Positions 8,637 to 18,431 are shown, counted from the stretch's first letter. The stretch is DNA of 64,000 nt from an uncultured Desulfotomaculum sp. (GCA_946411205.1 CAMKDG010000001.1:8478-72477); one strand, 5' to 3'. The notes: generated by a model not told the origin, from the sequence alone. Numbers and translations are program-made.

Positions 8637-11429
8637 TTGGATTACAGCAAAACCTTAAATTTGCCCCAAACCGAGTTTCCCATGCGGGGCAATCTACCCC
8701 AAAGGGAACCGGAAATCTTAAAACATTGGCAAGAGATGGATCTGTACAATAAGGTTCAGGAGAAGAACCAAGGCAAGACCAAGTACATTCTGCACGACGG
8801 TCCTCCTTATGCCAACGGGCATATTCACCTAGGGCATACCTTGAATAAAGTTCTAAAGGATATGATTGTTAAGTACCGCTCCATGAGTGGTTACGACTCC
8901 CCCTATATCCCAGGCTGGGATACCCATGGCCTACCCATTGAACAACAGGCCATCAAGCAATTGGGTATTAACCGTCACCAGATTGATTCGGTGGAGTTTC
9001 GCAAAAAGTGCAAAGAGTATGCCTTGGAGTTTGTCAATATTCAAAGTGAAGAATTTCAGCGTTTGGGTGTACGGGGAGACTGGGCGCGCCCCTACATTAC
9101 CTTACTGCCTCAGTACGAAGCCACTCAGATTCGTGTATTTGGTGAAATGGCCAAGAAGGGCTACATCTATAAAGGCTTAAAACCGGTTTACTGGTGTGCC
9201 AGTTGCGAAACGGCTCTGGCCGAAGCGGAAGTGGAGTATGCTGACAAGACCTCACCGTCTATTTATGTAAAATTCGCGGTTAAAGATGGCAAGGGTATGC
9301 TGCCCGAAGATGCAGCGGTGGTTATTTGGACCACCACTCCCTGGACCTTGCCTGCCAACGTAGCCATTAGTGTACACCCGGAATTTGAGTACGTTTTAGC
9401 GCTGGTGAAGGGGCAGAAAGTAGTAGTAGCCAAAGAATTGCTGGCAGCCTTTAAGAAGGTAATGGAAACAGAAGAAGCAGAAGTTTTGGCCACTTATAAA
9501 GGGGAACAACTGGACCGGGTGGTTTGTCACCATCCCTTTGTGGAGCGTGACTCCCTGATTATCTTAGGCGACCATGTTACTCTGGAGGCCGGTACCGGTG
9601 CGGTACACACCGCTCCAGGACATGGTGAGGATGACTTTATCGTAGGGAAGAAATATAACCTGCCGGTATTGGCTCCCATAGATAACAAAGGTAAGTTCAC
9701 TGCCGAGGGCGGCAAGTTTGCCGGTCAGTTTATTCTAGATGCGAACAAAACCATTGTTGAAGAATTAAAAGAACGGGAAGCACTGATGGGACATGCTCAG
9801 ATTAAGCACCAGTACCCCCACTGCTGGCGTTGTAAGCAACCCATTATTTTCCGGGCCACGGAGCAATGGTTTGCTTCGGTGGAAGGCTTCCGCCAGGATG
9901 CTCTGAATGCCATTCGCAATGTTAAATGGGTACCGGAATGGGGCCAGAACCGTATTTACAACATGGTGGAAGGCCGCGGCGACTGGTGCGTCTCTCGTCA
10001 AAGGACCTGGGGTGTGCCTATTCCCATTTTCTACTGTAACGACTGTGGCAAAGAAATTATTACCGAAGAAACCATCGCTCATATTCAGAAATTGTTTAAG
10101 GAGCATGGTTCGGACATTTGGTTTGCCAAAGAAGCCAACGAATTAGTGCCGCCGGGTTTCACCTGCCCCTGCTGTGGCAAAGGTAAGGACTTCCGTAAAG
10201 AAACCGACATCATGGATGTTTGGTTTGATTCCGGCTCCAGTCACTTGGCCGTACTGGATCAGCCCGAGCTGTGGCCGGAACTGCAGTGGCCGGCAGACTT
10301 ATATTTGGAAGGCAGTGATCAGCACCGTGGTTGGTTTAACTCTTCCCTGTCCACCTCGGTGGCGGTTACGGGTAAGCCCCCCTACAAAGCTGTACTAACC
10401 CATGGTTTTCTGGTGGATGAAAAGGGACGCAAAATGTCCAAGTCCCTGGGGAATGTAGTAGATCCCTTGAAAGTAATTAACCAAATGGGTGCCGATATTC
10501 TGCGGTTATGGGTTTCTTCTGCAGATTACCGCAGTGATCTGTCAGTATCTCCGAACATTATCAAACAGATGACCGAGTCCTACCGGAAGATCAGAAATAC
10601 TGCCCGGTTCCTATTGGGTAATCTGTATGATTTTGACCCGGCTAAAGATAAGGTAGCCTATGAAAAATTGCCCGAACTGGATCGGGTAGCCCTATTGGAA
10701 CTGCACAAGTTAATTAAGAGGGTGCTTAGTGCCTACGAAAACTACGAATTCCACGTTGTTTACCATGCTGTTCATAATTACTGTGTAGTGGATCTCAGTG
10801 CCTTCTATTTGGATATCATCAAGGATCGCCTGTACACTGCACCTCCGGCTTCCCTGGAGCGCCGGGCTGCTCAGACCGTGCTCTACGAAGCACTGGATGC
10901 GTTGGTACGGCTACTGACACCGGTACTGGCTTTTACCACTGAGGAAATTTACAAACATATGCCGGTAGTTGGTGAGAGATTAGCCAGTGTACAGTTACTG
11001 GATATGCCCGAAGTAAATGAGGAATATCTGGATGTGGAACTGGAGAAAAAATGGGATAAGTTCCAGGAAATCCGCAAAGAGGTACTAAAGTCTCTGGAAG
11101 TGGCTCGCCAAAATAAGGTTATCGGTAACGCTCTGGAAGCGAAAGTAGACCTCTACGTCGCCGGCGAAGTGGCAGCCCTTTTGCAACCGATGGCAGATGA
11201 GCTAACCACTCTGTTCATTGTTTCCAAAGTAAACCTGCAGCAGCTCAAAGCTGCACCGGCGGAGGCTGTTCAGGCGGAAGAGCTAGAATTGGCTATATTA
11301 GTAGCCCCGGCTAAAGGCGATAAATGCGAACGCTGCTGGATGTACCACGAAGCAGTGGGTCAAGATACTGAACACACCTCCCTGTGTCCCCGTTGTGCGG
11401 GAGTAGTGAAGGAACATCATAGTTACTAG
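8637..11429 (+). CDS. ileS: Isoleucyl-tRNA synthetase
   Basis: HIGH motif (PYANGHIHLGH), KMSKS and a C-terminal Zn-finger CERCW...CPRC; 930 aa. Confidence 0.97.
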   Translation: MDYSKTLNLPQTEFPMRGNLPQREPEILKHWQEMDLYNKVQEKNQGKTKYILHDGPPYANGHIHLGHTLNKVLKDMIVKYRSMSGYDSPYIPGWDTHGLPIEQQAIKQLGINRHQIDSVEFRKKCKEYALEFVNIQSEEFQRLGVRGDWARPYITLLPQYEATQIRVFGEMAKKGYIYKGLKPVYWCASCETALAEAEVEYADKTSPSIYVKFAVKDGKGMLPEDAAVVIWTTTPWTLPANVAISVHPEFEYVLALVKGQKVVVAKELLAAFKKVMETEEAEVLATYKGEQLDRVVCHHPFVERDSLIILGDHVTLEAGTGAVHTAPGHGEDDFIVGKKYNLPVLAPIDNKGKFTAEGGKFAGQFILDANKTIVEELKEREALMGHAQIKHQYPHCWRCKQPIIFRATEQWFASVEGFRQDALNAIRNVKWVPEWGQNRIYNMVEGRGDWCVSRQRTWGVPIPIFYCNDCGKEIITEETIAHIQKLFKEHGSDIWFAKEANELVPPGFTCPCCGKGKDFRKETDIMDVWFDSGSSHLAVLDQPELWPELQWPADLYLEGSDQHRGWFNSSLSTSVAVTGKPPYKAVLTHGFLVDEKGRKMSKSLGNVVDPLKVINQMGADILRLWVSSADYRSDLSVSPNIIKQMTESYRKIRNTARFLLGNLYDFDPAKDKVAYEKLPELDRVALLELHKLIKRVLSAYENYEFHVVYHAVHNYCVVDLSAFYLDIIKDRLYTAPPASLERRAAQTVLYEALDALVRLLTPVLAFTTEEIYKHMPVVGERLASVQLLDMPEVNEEYLDVELEKKWDKFQEIRKEVLKSLEVARQNKVIGNALEAKVDLYVAGEVAALLQPMADELTTLFIVSKVNLQQLKAAPAEAVQAEELELAILVAPAKGDKCERCWMYHEAVGQDTEHTSLCPRCAGVVKEHHSY

Positions 11430-11444
11430 GTAAAGCAGAAACAA

Positions 11445-11478
11445 AAATCCAGCCTCAAGGGGCTGGGTTTTCGTTTTT
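11445..11478 (+). terminator. Rho-independent terminator after ileS
   Basis: CCAGCC-tcaagg-GGCTGG followed by TTTCGTTTTT. Confidence 0.7.
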
Positions 11479-11556
11479 AATGCTTTTTCAGTTTTCTAAA
11501 TAAAAGATAAATTATTGATTCTAGTCAAATAATTGTTTTTTTTCAAAAAGTAATCA

Positions 11557-11585
11557 TTGCTATACCTGATTTTTTTTGGCATAAT
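11557..11585 (+). promoter_or_regulatory. Putative promoter of the Moco leader transcript
   Basis: TTGCTA, 17 nt, (TGg)CATAAT with an extended -10. Confidence 0.45.
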
Positions 11586-11637
11586 AAATACAATCTAACA
11601 AAATTTGGTACAGAAGTTTTAAATTGCAAAAGTTATT

Positions 11638-11779
11638 ACCTCCGAGCTTTGGAACCTGTGATAGTGGATTATGGTTCTTTAGCCGTTAGGGTTCACCTGG
11701 AAACGGGTGTGCCTCCCGTGTGGAAAGGATGGTAGGTTTATTAAACATACCTTTAACCGCACTTTATGCGGTTTTTTTT
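11638..11779 (+). promoter_or_regulatory. Moco (molybdenum cofactor) riboswitch-like element 1 with its own terminator
   Basis: Blocks CCTCCGAGC, GCCGTTAGGGTT, GGAAACGGGT, GCCTCCC and GGAAAGGA. Terminator AACCGCA-cttta-TGCGGTT plus T8 (11755-11779). Confidence 0.7.
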
Positions 11780-11796
11780 GTATATAAAGATAAAGT

Positions 11797-11959
11797 TCTC
11801 CGAGCCATAATACCTAATACTGTTGTGATGGTGCTATGGCCGTATAGGGTTAATCGGGAAACGGGTTAGCCTCCCTTTGGAAAGGAGAGCGCATTATTCC
11901 GCCTTGTTAGGTAGGGTTGGTTTATGCTGCTTTCTTTAGGCGCATATGCCGGCTTTTTT
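11797..11959 (+). promoter_or_regulatory. Moco riboswitch-like element 2 with a weaker terminator-like hairpin
   Basis: The same blocks in the same order: CTCCGAGCC, GCCGTATAGGGTT, GGAAACGGGT, GCCTCCC, GGAAAGGA. Hairpin GGTTTATGC/GCATATGCC (11919-11950), then GGC plus T6. Confidence 0.65.
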
Positions 11960-12022
11960 ATTGTTTAGACATGTAATCATTAAACTATAGCAAGACTTAA
12001 CTTTGTGGTCGGAGGCGATGGG

Positions 12023-12277
12023 ATGACAACAAAGATTAGTGATACGGATGCTATTTTAACTTTGTCCTTAGTTATTGCAGATATGGCGACACTGATTGAG
12101 CACGATGTGGTGCACAGAAATATTATTAACGTTACTAATGAGCTAGTTTGTAATGCGGCAGGGAAACCATTGTCAAATGATTTTTTTAATACTTTGGGTA
12201 TTTTAGTGGATCTATTAAAGCAGGAAAAAGAAAATGCGCTTAAAAGAATAGAAGGTACTGAGTATCTGTCATCCTAG
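12023..12277 (+). CDS. Hypothetical 84-aa protein, the only ORF downstream of the tandem Moco leaders
   Basis: GGAGG lies 7 nt before the ATG at 12023 (the track start at 12005 is a GTG inside the RBS). No recognisable motif. Followed by a 14-bp-stem hairpin. Confidence 0.5.
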   Translation: MTTKISDTDAILTLSLVIADMATLIEHDVVHRNIINVTNELVCNAAGKPLSNDFFNTLGILVDLLKQEKENALKRIEGTEYLSS

Positions 12278-12286
12278 AAGATAAAT

Positions 12287-12344
12287 GCTAATCAGGCCAA
12301 TACCCGTGCTAGTCTTTTTCTAGCTCGATGTTGGCCTGATTAGC
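12287..12344. terminator. Long hairpin between convergent genes (bidirectional terminator candidate)
   Basis: Perfect 14-bp arms GCTAATCAGGCCAA and TTGGCCTGATTAGC, with an inner GCTAG/CTAGC stem. Confidence 0.6.
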
Positions 12345-12376
12345 GTTTATCTCTATGTGGTTTATTTTTGGTTCCC

Positions 12377-12997
12377 TCACGGTGATTGAGTTCGGGCTTG
12401 AGCAACCACTTTTTCCGGAAAAGCATGTTTAAATTGTATTTTTGCCCATTCTCTGTAAGAGGTGCCAGCGTTAAATAGGTCTTCGAGTATTTGTTTCATT
12501 TCTTCGAGTTCTTCTATGTCACCAGAGGGTAGTTGTTGGACAACCGAAGAGGTACCTGCTGGTGTCTTTGTCACAGTTCCGGTGGATTTTTCCCACCGCC
12601 CCTCAAGTTCCTTCCTAATGACTTCCTTTTTTTCCTCTAACAACTCAGCCTGTGTTTGCAGGTGTTCCGGCAAACTATTTTGCAGAGGCAGTTTATGGTT
12701 AACTAGATAATTGTAATAAGAACTTATGGATGGCTGGCTATTTAGTTGTTCTACCAATTTCGTAATTCTTTCCTCGGGAGATGTAAACATCTCCCCTTCG
12801 CCGTTTCTCAGCCATGATTCTGAGACACCATACCGAACACAAATATGTTTTAGTAAGGAATCAGAAGCCTTTTTTGAGGCACTTTCAATATTCCCAACAT
12901 GACTTCTATCTATGCCCAAGTCCTGAGCCATCAGAGACTGGGTTAAGCCAAGGGTATCTCTTAATAATTTAAATCTCTCTGAAATACTCATATACAT
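12377..12997 (-). CDS. XRE-family HTH transcriptional regulator with an uncharacterised C-terminal domain
   Basis: N-terminal HTH LGLTQSLMAQDLGIDRSHVGNIE and the typical VSESWLRNGEGEMF segment. The C-terminal 130 aa has no recognised motif. Confidence 0.8.
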   Translation of the reverse strand: MYMSISERFKLLRDTLGLTQSLMAQDLGIDRSHVGNIESASKKASDSLLKHICVRYGVSESWLRNGEGEMFTSPEERITKLVEQLNSQPSISSYYNYLVNHKLPLQNSLPEHLQTQAELLEEKKEVIRKELEGRWEKSTGTVTKTPAGTSSVVQQLPSGDIEELEEMKQILEDLFNAGTSYREWAKIQFKHAFPEKVVAQARTQSP

Positions 12998-13049
12998 TCC
13001 TTCTCAGAAGTATTTATTAATAACGTCGATTCTTGGAAGCACATTGCTG

Positions 13050-13078
13050 TTGACTTGGTGTCTCAGAAGCATTATACT
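13050..13078 (+). promoter_or_regulatory. Sigma-A-type promoter facing moeA
   Basis: TTGACT, 17 nt, TATACT. A leader of about 350 nt, AT-rich, lies before moeA. Confidence 0.5.
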
Positions 13079-13429
13079 GACGTTAACTATTAAGGTTAAA
13101 AATGCCAATTGAATCAATAATTTTAGTGGGAAAGGAGAGGGTAAAAAAAGCATTTTTAAGATAATTTTGGATAAGTGACACAAAAAACCAAAAAATAAAA
13201 ATAAAGAACCAAGCAGTTAAAAAACCACTACACATTAAATATACTTATTCTATTTTAAATATTAAACATTTTTCTTACTGATAGTAACAAATTTTAAGTT
13301 TTCTGACAAGGGTTTTAGAAAAACAGTAGTAGAAGATACATGGCTCATCCAAAAAATATTTAGTTAATTAGTTTATGAAGTTAGTATTCCTAGTTTTAAT
13401 AAATTAAGAAAGTAAATGGGAGAGCTAAA

Positions 13430-14662
13430 ATGTACAGGGAAATACCACTTGAAGAAGCAGTAGCCATCTTGATGAAGTATACAAAACCGATTGGTTTTGA
13501 TGAAATTGATATAGTTGATGCCTTGGGACGAGTTTTAAATGAGAATATTACTACCAGTTTTCCCCTTCCTCCTTTTAATAGGTCTCCCCTGGATGGATAT
13601 GCTGTTATGGCCGAAGATACAATTCATGCCAGCAAAGAACAGCCAATCCGCCTTAAGGTAAGTCAAAATATCTTTGCAGGTGATTTGCCGTTAAAACCCA
13701 TAGTATCTGGAGAAGCTGCTGCCATCGCTACTGGTGCGCCAATTCCCTCTGGTGCCAATGCCGTAATAAAAATAGAAGATACGCAACTGGCAGAAGACGA
13801 CGTTTTACTATTTTCTCAACTTAAACCGGGTGATAATTTTATCAACCAAGGCGACGATGTTCTCGAAGGGGAGCAGATCCTTTCCCAAGGGATGCTGATT
13901 ACTCCTGCCGTTATAGGCTTATTAGCTTCTTTAGGAAGAAAAAATGTAAAGGTTTTTAAAAGGCCTAAAGTAGCAGCCTTATCCATTGGTGACGAATTAG
14001 TAGGGATTGGTGAACCCAGGACGCCAGGGAAAATATACAACAGTAATCTCTACGCAATTTCTGCTCAGATAACGGAGGCAGGGGGAATGCCGGTTCCCTA
14101 TAGGAACACTGTTGATGATAAGAACCAGATAGCTTTTTTGCTGGATAGTTGCTTACAGGAAAATGATATGGTCATTACCACAGGCGGGGTATCGGTAGGC
14201 AAAAGAGATTATGTCAAAGAATCCATAGCCATAAGTGGGGCTAACACCCTTTTTTGGAAAGTAAATATAAAACCGGGAACTCCAGTTGTCTGCGGTGAGA
14301 AAAATGGTCGTTTGATCATTGGCCTATCTGGAAATCCTGCAGCAGCTATGATTACTTTTTATATGTTGATTAGACCTGTTTTACAAAAAATAAGTGGCTT
14401 GCAACAGGTAAATTTACCCCATGTAACGGCTATTATGGAGGAACCCTTTACGAAAAAAAGCAAGCAACGACGCATGCTGCGGGCAAATGTTTACTGGAAA
14501 AACGGTTATTATCATGCTGTGCCCAGTGGCACGCAGAGTCCGGGGGCTTTAAAATCAATGTTGCAATGCAATGCACTTATTGATATCCCTGGGGGCAAGG
14601 GCCCACTAAATATTGGTGAAGAAGTAAAAGTCATATTGTTGTCGCCTAATTATATTTTATAG
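13430..14662 (+). CDS. moeA: Molybdopterin molybdenumtransferase MoeA
   Basis: Motifs SPLDGYAV, TGAPIP.GANAV, ITTGGVSVGKRDY and GLSGNPAAAM. Confidence 0.92.
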   Translation: MYREIPLEEAVAILMKYTKPIGFDEIDIVDALGRVLNENITTSFPLPPFNRSPLDGYAVMAEDTIHASKEQPIRLKVSQNIFAGDLPLKPIVSGEAAAIATGAPIPSGANAVIKIEDTQLAEDDVLLFSQLKPGDNFINQGDDVLEGEQILSQGMLITPAVIGLLASLGRKNVKVFKRPKVAALSIGDELVGIGEPRTPGKIYNSNLYAISAQITEAGGMPVPYRNTVDDKNQIAFLLDSCLQENDMVITTGGVSVGKRDYVKESIAISGANTLFWKVNIKPGTPVVCGEKNGRLIIGLSGNPAAAMITFYMLIRPVLQKISGLQQVNLPHVTAIMEEPFTKKSKQRRMLRANVYWKNGYYHAVPSGTQSPGALKSMLQCNALIDIPGGKGPLNIGEEVKVILLSPNYIL

Positions 14663-14723
14663 TATTTTTATATTCCAATAATTCATAATATTTTAAATTT
14701 TTAAATAGGTAGGAGGTGGGTAA

Positions 14724-15224
14724 ATGGCAAATATTCCCATGGTGTCAGTTGTAGGAAAATCAGACGCTGGCAAAACAACCTTTATAGAAAAACTAATTAA
14801 AGAGCTAAAGTACAGAAATATCAAGGTGTGTACAATAAAACACGATGTCCATGGCTTTGACATTGATAAACCAGGCAAGGATACCTGGCGCCATTCCCAA
14901 GCTGGTGCAGATACGGTGGTCATATCTTCACCTCAAAAAATGGCCATGATCACAAGGGTTTTTGAGGAATTAAACTTGGATCAGATTGCAGAAATAGTTA
15001 GTGATGATACGGATATTATCATTACGGAGGGTTATAAAAGATCGAATAAACCTAAAATTGAAATCAGTCGTTCCGAGAGAGGCACAGAACTTTTGTGTAC
15101 TCCGGATGAACTAATTGGGTTGGTAAGTGATATACCCTGGAGTATAGGTGTACCAGTTTTCCAACTTGATGATGCACCAGGAGTTGCAGACTTGTTGCAG
15201 GATAAATTTAAACTGCGCTCCTGA
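14724..15224 (+). CDS. mobB: Molybdopterin-guanine dinucleotide biosynthesis adapter MobB
   Basis: P-loop VVGKSDAGKTT, motifs IKHD.HGFDID.PGKDTWRH and IITEGYK. Confidence 0.9.
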   Translation: MANIPMVSVVGKSDAGKTTFIEKLIKELKYRNIKVCTIKHDVHGFDIDKPGKDTWRHSQAGADTVVISSPQKMAMITRVFEELNLDQIAEIVSDDTDIIITEGYKRSNKPKIEISRSERGTELLCTPDELIGLVSDIPWSIGVPVFQLDDAPGVADLLQDKFKLRS

Positions 15225-15275
15225 GGGTAAATTTAAAGAAGGAGGGGTGGGTTTAAAAAGTCCGGCCCAATTAGT

Positions 15276-15299
15276 GATGTTTCAAATAGATGTTTCAAA
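15276..15299 (+). repeat. Tandem direct repeat GATGTTTCAAA x2 upstream of the fdh operon
   Basis: Copies at 15276-15286 and 15289-15299, 13-bp period, about 45 nt before the fdnG start. Confidence 0.6.
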
Positions 15300-15341
15300 A
15301 CTAATTTTGAATCCCATATATACAAGGGAGGATAGTACATC

Positions 15342-18300
15342 ATGCGGAAGATGAATAGGCGCGATTTTTTAAAAAATATAAGCCTTGGAACTACCGGGTT
15401 AGCTTTGGTAGCTACTCCTGCCCTAGCCGGAGAGTCCCAGGGTAAGATTACCGGAGAAAAACTACCTGCCAAAATAAGAAAAGTTAAAGAAACCTATTCT
15501 ATATGTTGTTTCTGTGGCTGCGGTTGCGGCCTATTGCTGTATTCTAACGAAGAAGATCGTTTAGTCTTTTCTGAAGGTTACCCGGACCATCCAGTTAATG
15601 CCGGAACCATTTGCCCTAAGGGAAACGGCATCATTGAAGGAAATACTGTTATCAACAAAAAAAGAAACCGTGAATCTAACAGACTGCGGGTTACCAAACC
15701 CCTTTACCGTGCTCCCGGTAGTAGTAAATGGGAAGAGAAAAGCTGGGACTGGGTTATGGCTGAAATTGCTCAGAGAGTTAAGAAAACCCGTGATGAATCC
15801 TTTGTGGAGAAGGATGAGCATGGCGTAACTGTCAACAGGACAACTGCCATGGCTCACGTTGGTGCAGCAGCCCTTGATAATGAAGAGATTTACCTCTTGC
15901 ACAAAATGTACCGAGCCTTGGGCATGCTTAATATTGAACACTGTGCCCGACTCTGACACTCGTCCACGGTAGCCGGTCTGGCTCCCAGTTTCGGACGCGG
16001 AATTATGACCAATCACTTTGTTGATTATAGAAATGCCGATGTAGTTTTAATCATTGGCTCAAATACTGCAGAAAATCACCCCATGGGCATGAAATGGGCC
16101 ATGAAAGCCAAGGAAAAAGGTGCCAAACTCATTGCCGTTGACCCAAGGGTTAGTAAATCAGCTAGCATGTGTCATGTCCATGCACGGCTACGGCCTGGTA
16201 CCGATATTGCATTCATTAATGGCATGATGAATTATATCATTGAGAATGATCTTTGGTTTAAAGACTATGTGCTCAATTATACCAATGCCAGCTTTTTAAT
16301 CCATCCCGACTATAAATGCGAAGATGGTATCTTCTCAGGCTTTACAGATATTGATGGTAAACTAAGTTATGATACCGCCACCTGGCAATATCAAAAGGAT
16401 GGCGATGTCATCAAAAAGGATCCCACCTTACAAGATCCCAATTGTGTTTTCCAAATTCTCAAGAAGCATGTAAGTCGTTATGATATTAAAACTGTCTGTC
16501 AAATTACTGGTACACCGGAAGATACATACAGAAAGGTCTGTGAAATGTATGCTTCCAGTGGCAAACGGGATAAAGCAGGCTGTGTTATCTATGGTATGGG
16601 CATAACTATGCACTCTGTTGGTACACAAAATGCCAGAGCACTTTGTGTATTGCAGTTGCTTCTTGGTAATATGGGTATTCCCGGCGGTGGTGTCAATGCT
16701 CAGCGTGGTGAACAAAACGTTCAGGGCTCCACTGATATGGCTATGCTGCATGGCAATCTACCCGGTTACCTGGGTATGGTTTACGCCAATAAACACAAAA
16801 CATTGGCGGAGTATATTGAAAAAGAAACCCCCACGGGATATTGGTCTAATAAACCTAAGTTTTTAGTCAGTCAGTTAAAGGCTTGGTACGGGGATAAAGC
16901 AACCCCAGAAAATGATTTTTGTTATGATTGGCTGCCTAAACATGACGGAAAGAACCGTTCCTACATGAGTTTATTCAATTACATGGAAAAAGGTGAAGTA
17001 AAGGGCTTTTTTGTAGCCGGTCAGAACCCCTCCGTTGGCGGGCCCTCCACGATCCAAGCCAACCAAGCCATGGAAAACCTGGAATGGCTGGTGGTTTATG
17101 ATATTTTTGAAATTGAAACAGCGGCGTTCTGGAAACGGCCAGGGGCTGATCCAAGTAAGATCAAGACCGAAGTATTCCTTTTGCCGGCGGCCATGTCCTT
17201 TGAAAAGGAAGGCTCGGTTACCAATGCCGGGCGTTGGATGCAGTGGCGTTATAAGGCTGTAAATCCGCCTGGGGAAGCTAAATCCGATCTTTGGATGTTC
17301 TACAACTTATTTAATACCATTCGCAAAGAATATCAAAAGGGCGGTAAATTCCCCGATCCAGTATTAAATATGACCTGGGATTATGATCTACCGGGTGAGG
17401 AAGAACCGGATATTGCCAAGGTAGCTAAAGAAATTAACGGCTATGAGGTTGCCACCGGCAATGTACTGTCGGGTTTTGCTAAGTTAGCAGCGGATGGTTC
17501 CACTGCTTGTGGTAACTGGTGTCTCAGTGGCTATTGGTTTGAGGATAAAGATGCCAAGGTGCCGGCTTGCAAACGCCGGATTAACAAAGACCCCTCTGGC
17601 ATGGGTGTATTCCCGCAATATGCCTTTTCTTGGCCAGCTAACCGTCGTATTGCTTATAACCGTTGTTCCGCCGACCCTGCGGGCAATCCCTGGAATCCCC
17701 AGAAGCCCTATGCCAGATGGGATGTACTGGCGGGCAAATGGGTAATCCCAGACGTACCCGACTTCAAGGCTACAGAACCAGCACCTAATCCCAGTGACCC
17801 TCCCATTCCAGTGCCACCGGAGAAGTCGGCTGTGGATGCCTATATTATGTCCGAGGACGGTCATGGACGTTTATTTGCTGTTAAAGGCTTAAGTGACGGC
17901 CCGTTGCCGGAACACTATGAACCCTATGAAAGTCCCTTTAGAAATCTTATTTCTCAGCAACAAAATAACCCGATGGCACTTACCTTTAAAACCGGTTTAT
18001 TTAGTAAAATAGCAGAAATTGGTAGTGAGAAATATCCCTGTGTCGCCATTACTGTTCATCTTGTAGAACATTACCAAAGTGGTGCAACCACCCGGAATTG
18101 TCCCTCCTTAGCTGAAATTTCAGCTCATATGTTTGTTAACATTTCACCTAGTTTAGCTCAAAAAATTGGGGTTAAGAATGGTGATGATGTTATTGTGGAA
18201 TCTGTTCGGGGCCAAATCACCTGTAAGGCGGCTGTTAACGGTGTCTGTGTGCCGCTAATGGTCAACGGCAAAGAAACCGAAGTGATATCTATGCCTTATT

Positions 18301-18431
18301 CCTGGGGCTTTATGGGTATAGCCACAGGTGCCTCGGCTAATGATTTGACTCCCTCGGTGGGTGATCCGAACAGTAACATACCGGAATACAAAGCATTTCT
18401 TTGCAATGTAAGAAAGGCAAACAAGAGTTGA
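15342..18431 (+). CDS. fdnG: Formate dehydrogenase catalytic subunit (FdnG-like, Tat-exported molybdopterin enzyme) with selenocysteine at UGA 15954-15956
   Basis: Twin-arginine signal NRRDFLK. Fe-S motif CCFCGCGCG. The segment [30 protein letters not shown] parallels E. coli FdnG around its Sec. Track ORFs 15342-15956 and 16005-18431 are in the same frame. Confidence 0.9.
15961..15997 (+). other. SECIS-like stem-loop immediately 3' of the UGA
   Basis: CGTCC (15961-15965) pairs with GGACG (15993-15997). Apical AGCC-GGUCU-GGCU resembles the GGUC-type loop of E. coli fdhF SECIS. Confidence 0.55.

Noticed and set aside
13002-13069. Repeat TCTCAGAAGnATT at 13002 and 13061, considered as an XRE operator
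   Set aside because: One copy coincides with the RBS region of the XRE gene and the other lies in a promoter spacer. Two 9-nt matches in AT-rich DNA are weak evidence.
15954-15956. TGA read as a premature stop that makes fdnG a pseudogene or two separate genes
   Set aside because: Both ORFs share one frame. The stop aligns with the selenocysteine of E. coli FdnG within a highly conserved segment, and a SECIS-like hairpin follows. Recoding is the better explanation.
15561-16016. 151-aa minus-strand ORF
   Set aside because: It is entirely antisense to the well-supported fdnG coding region, with no RBS and no recognisable motif. It is a shadow ORF.
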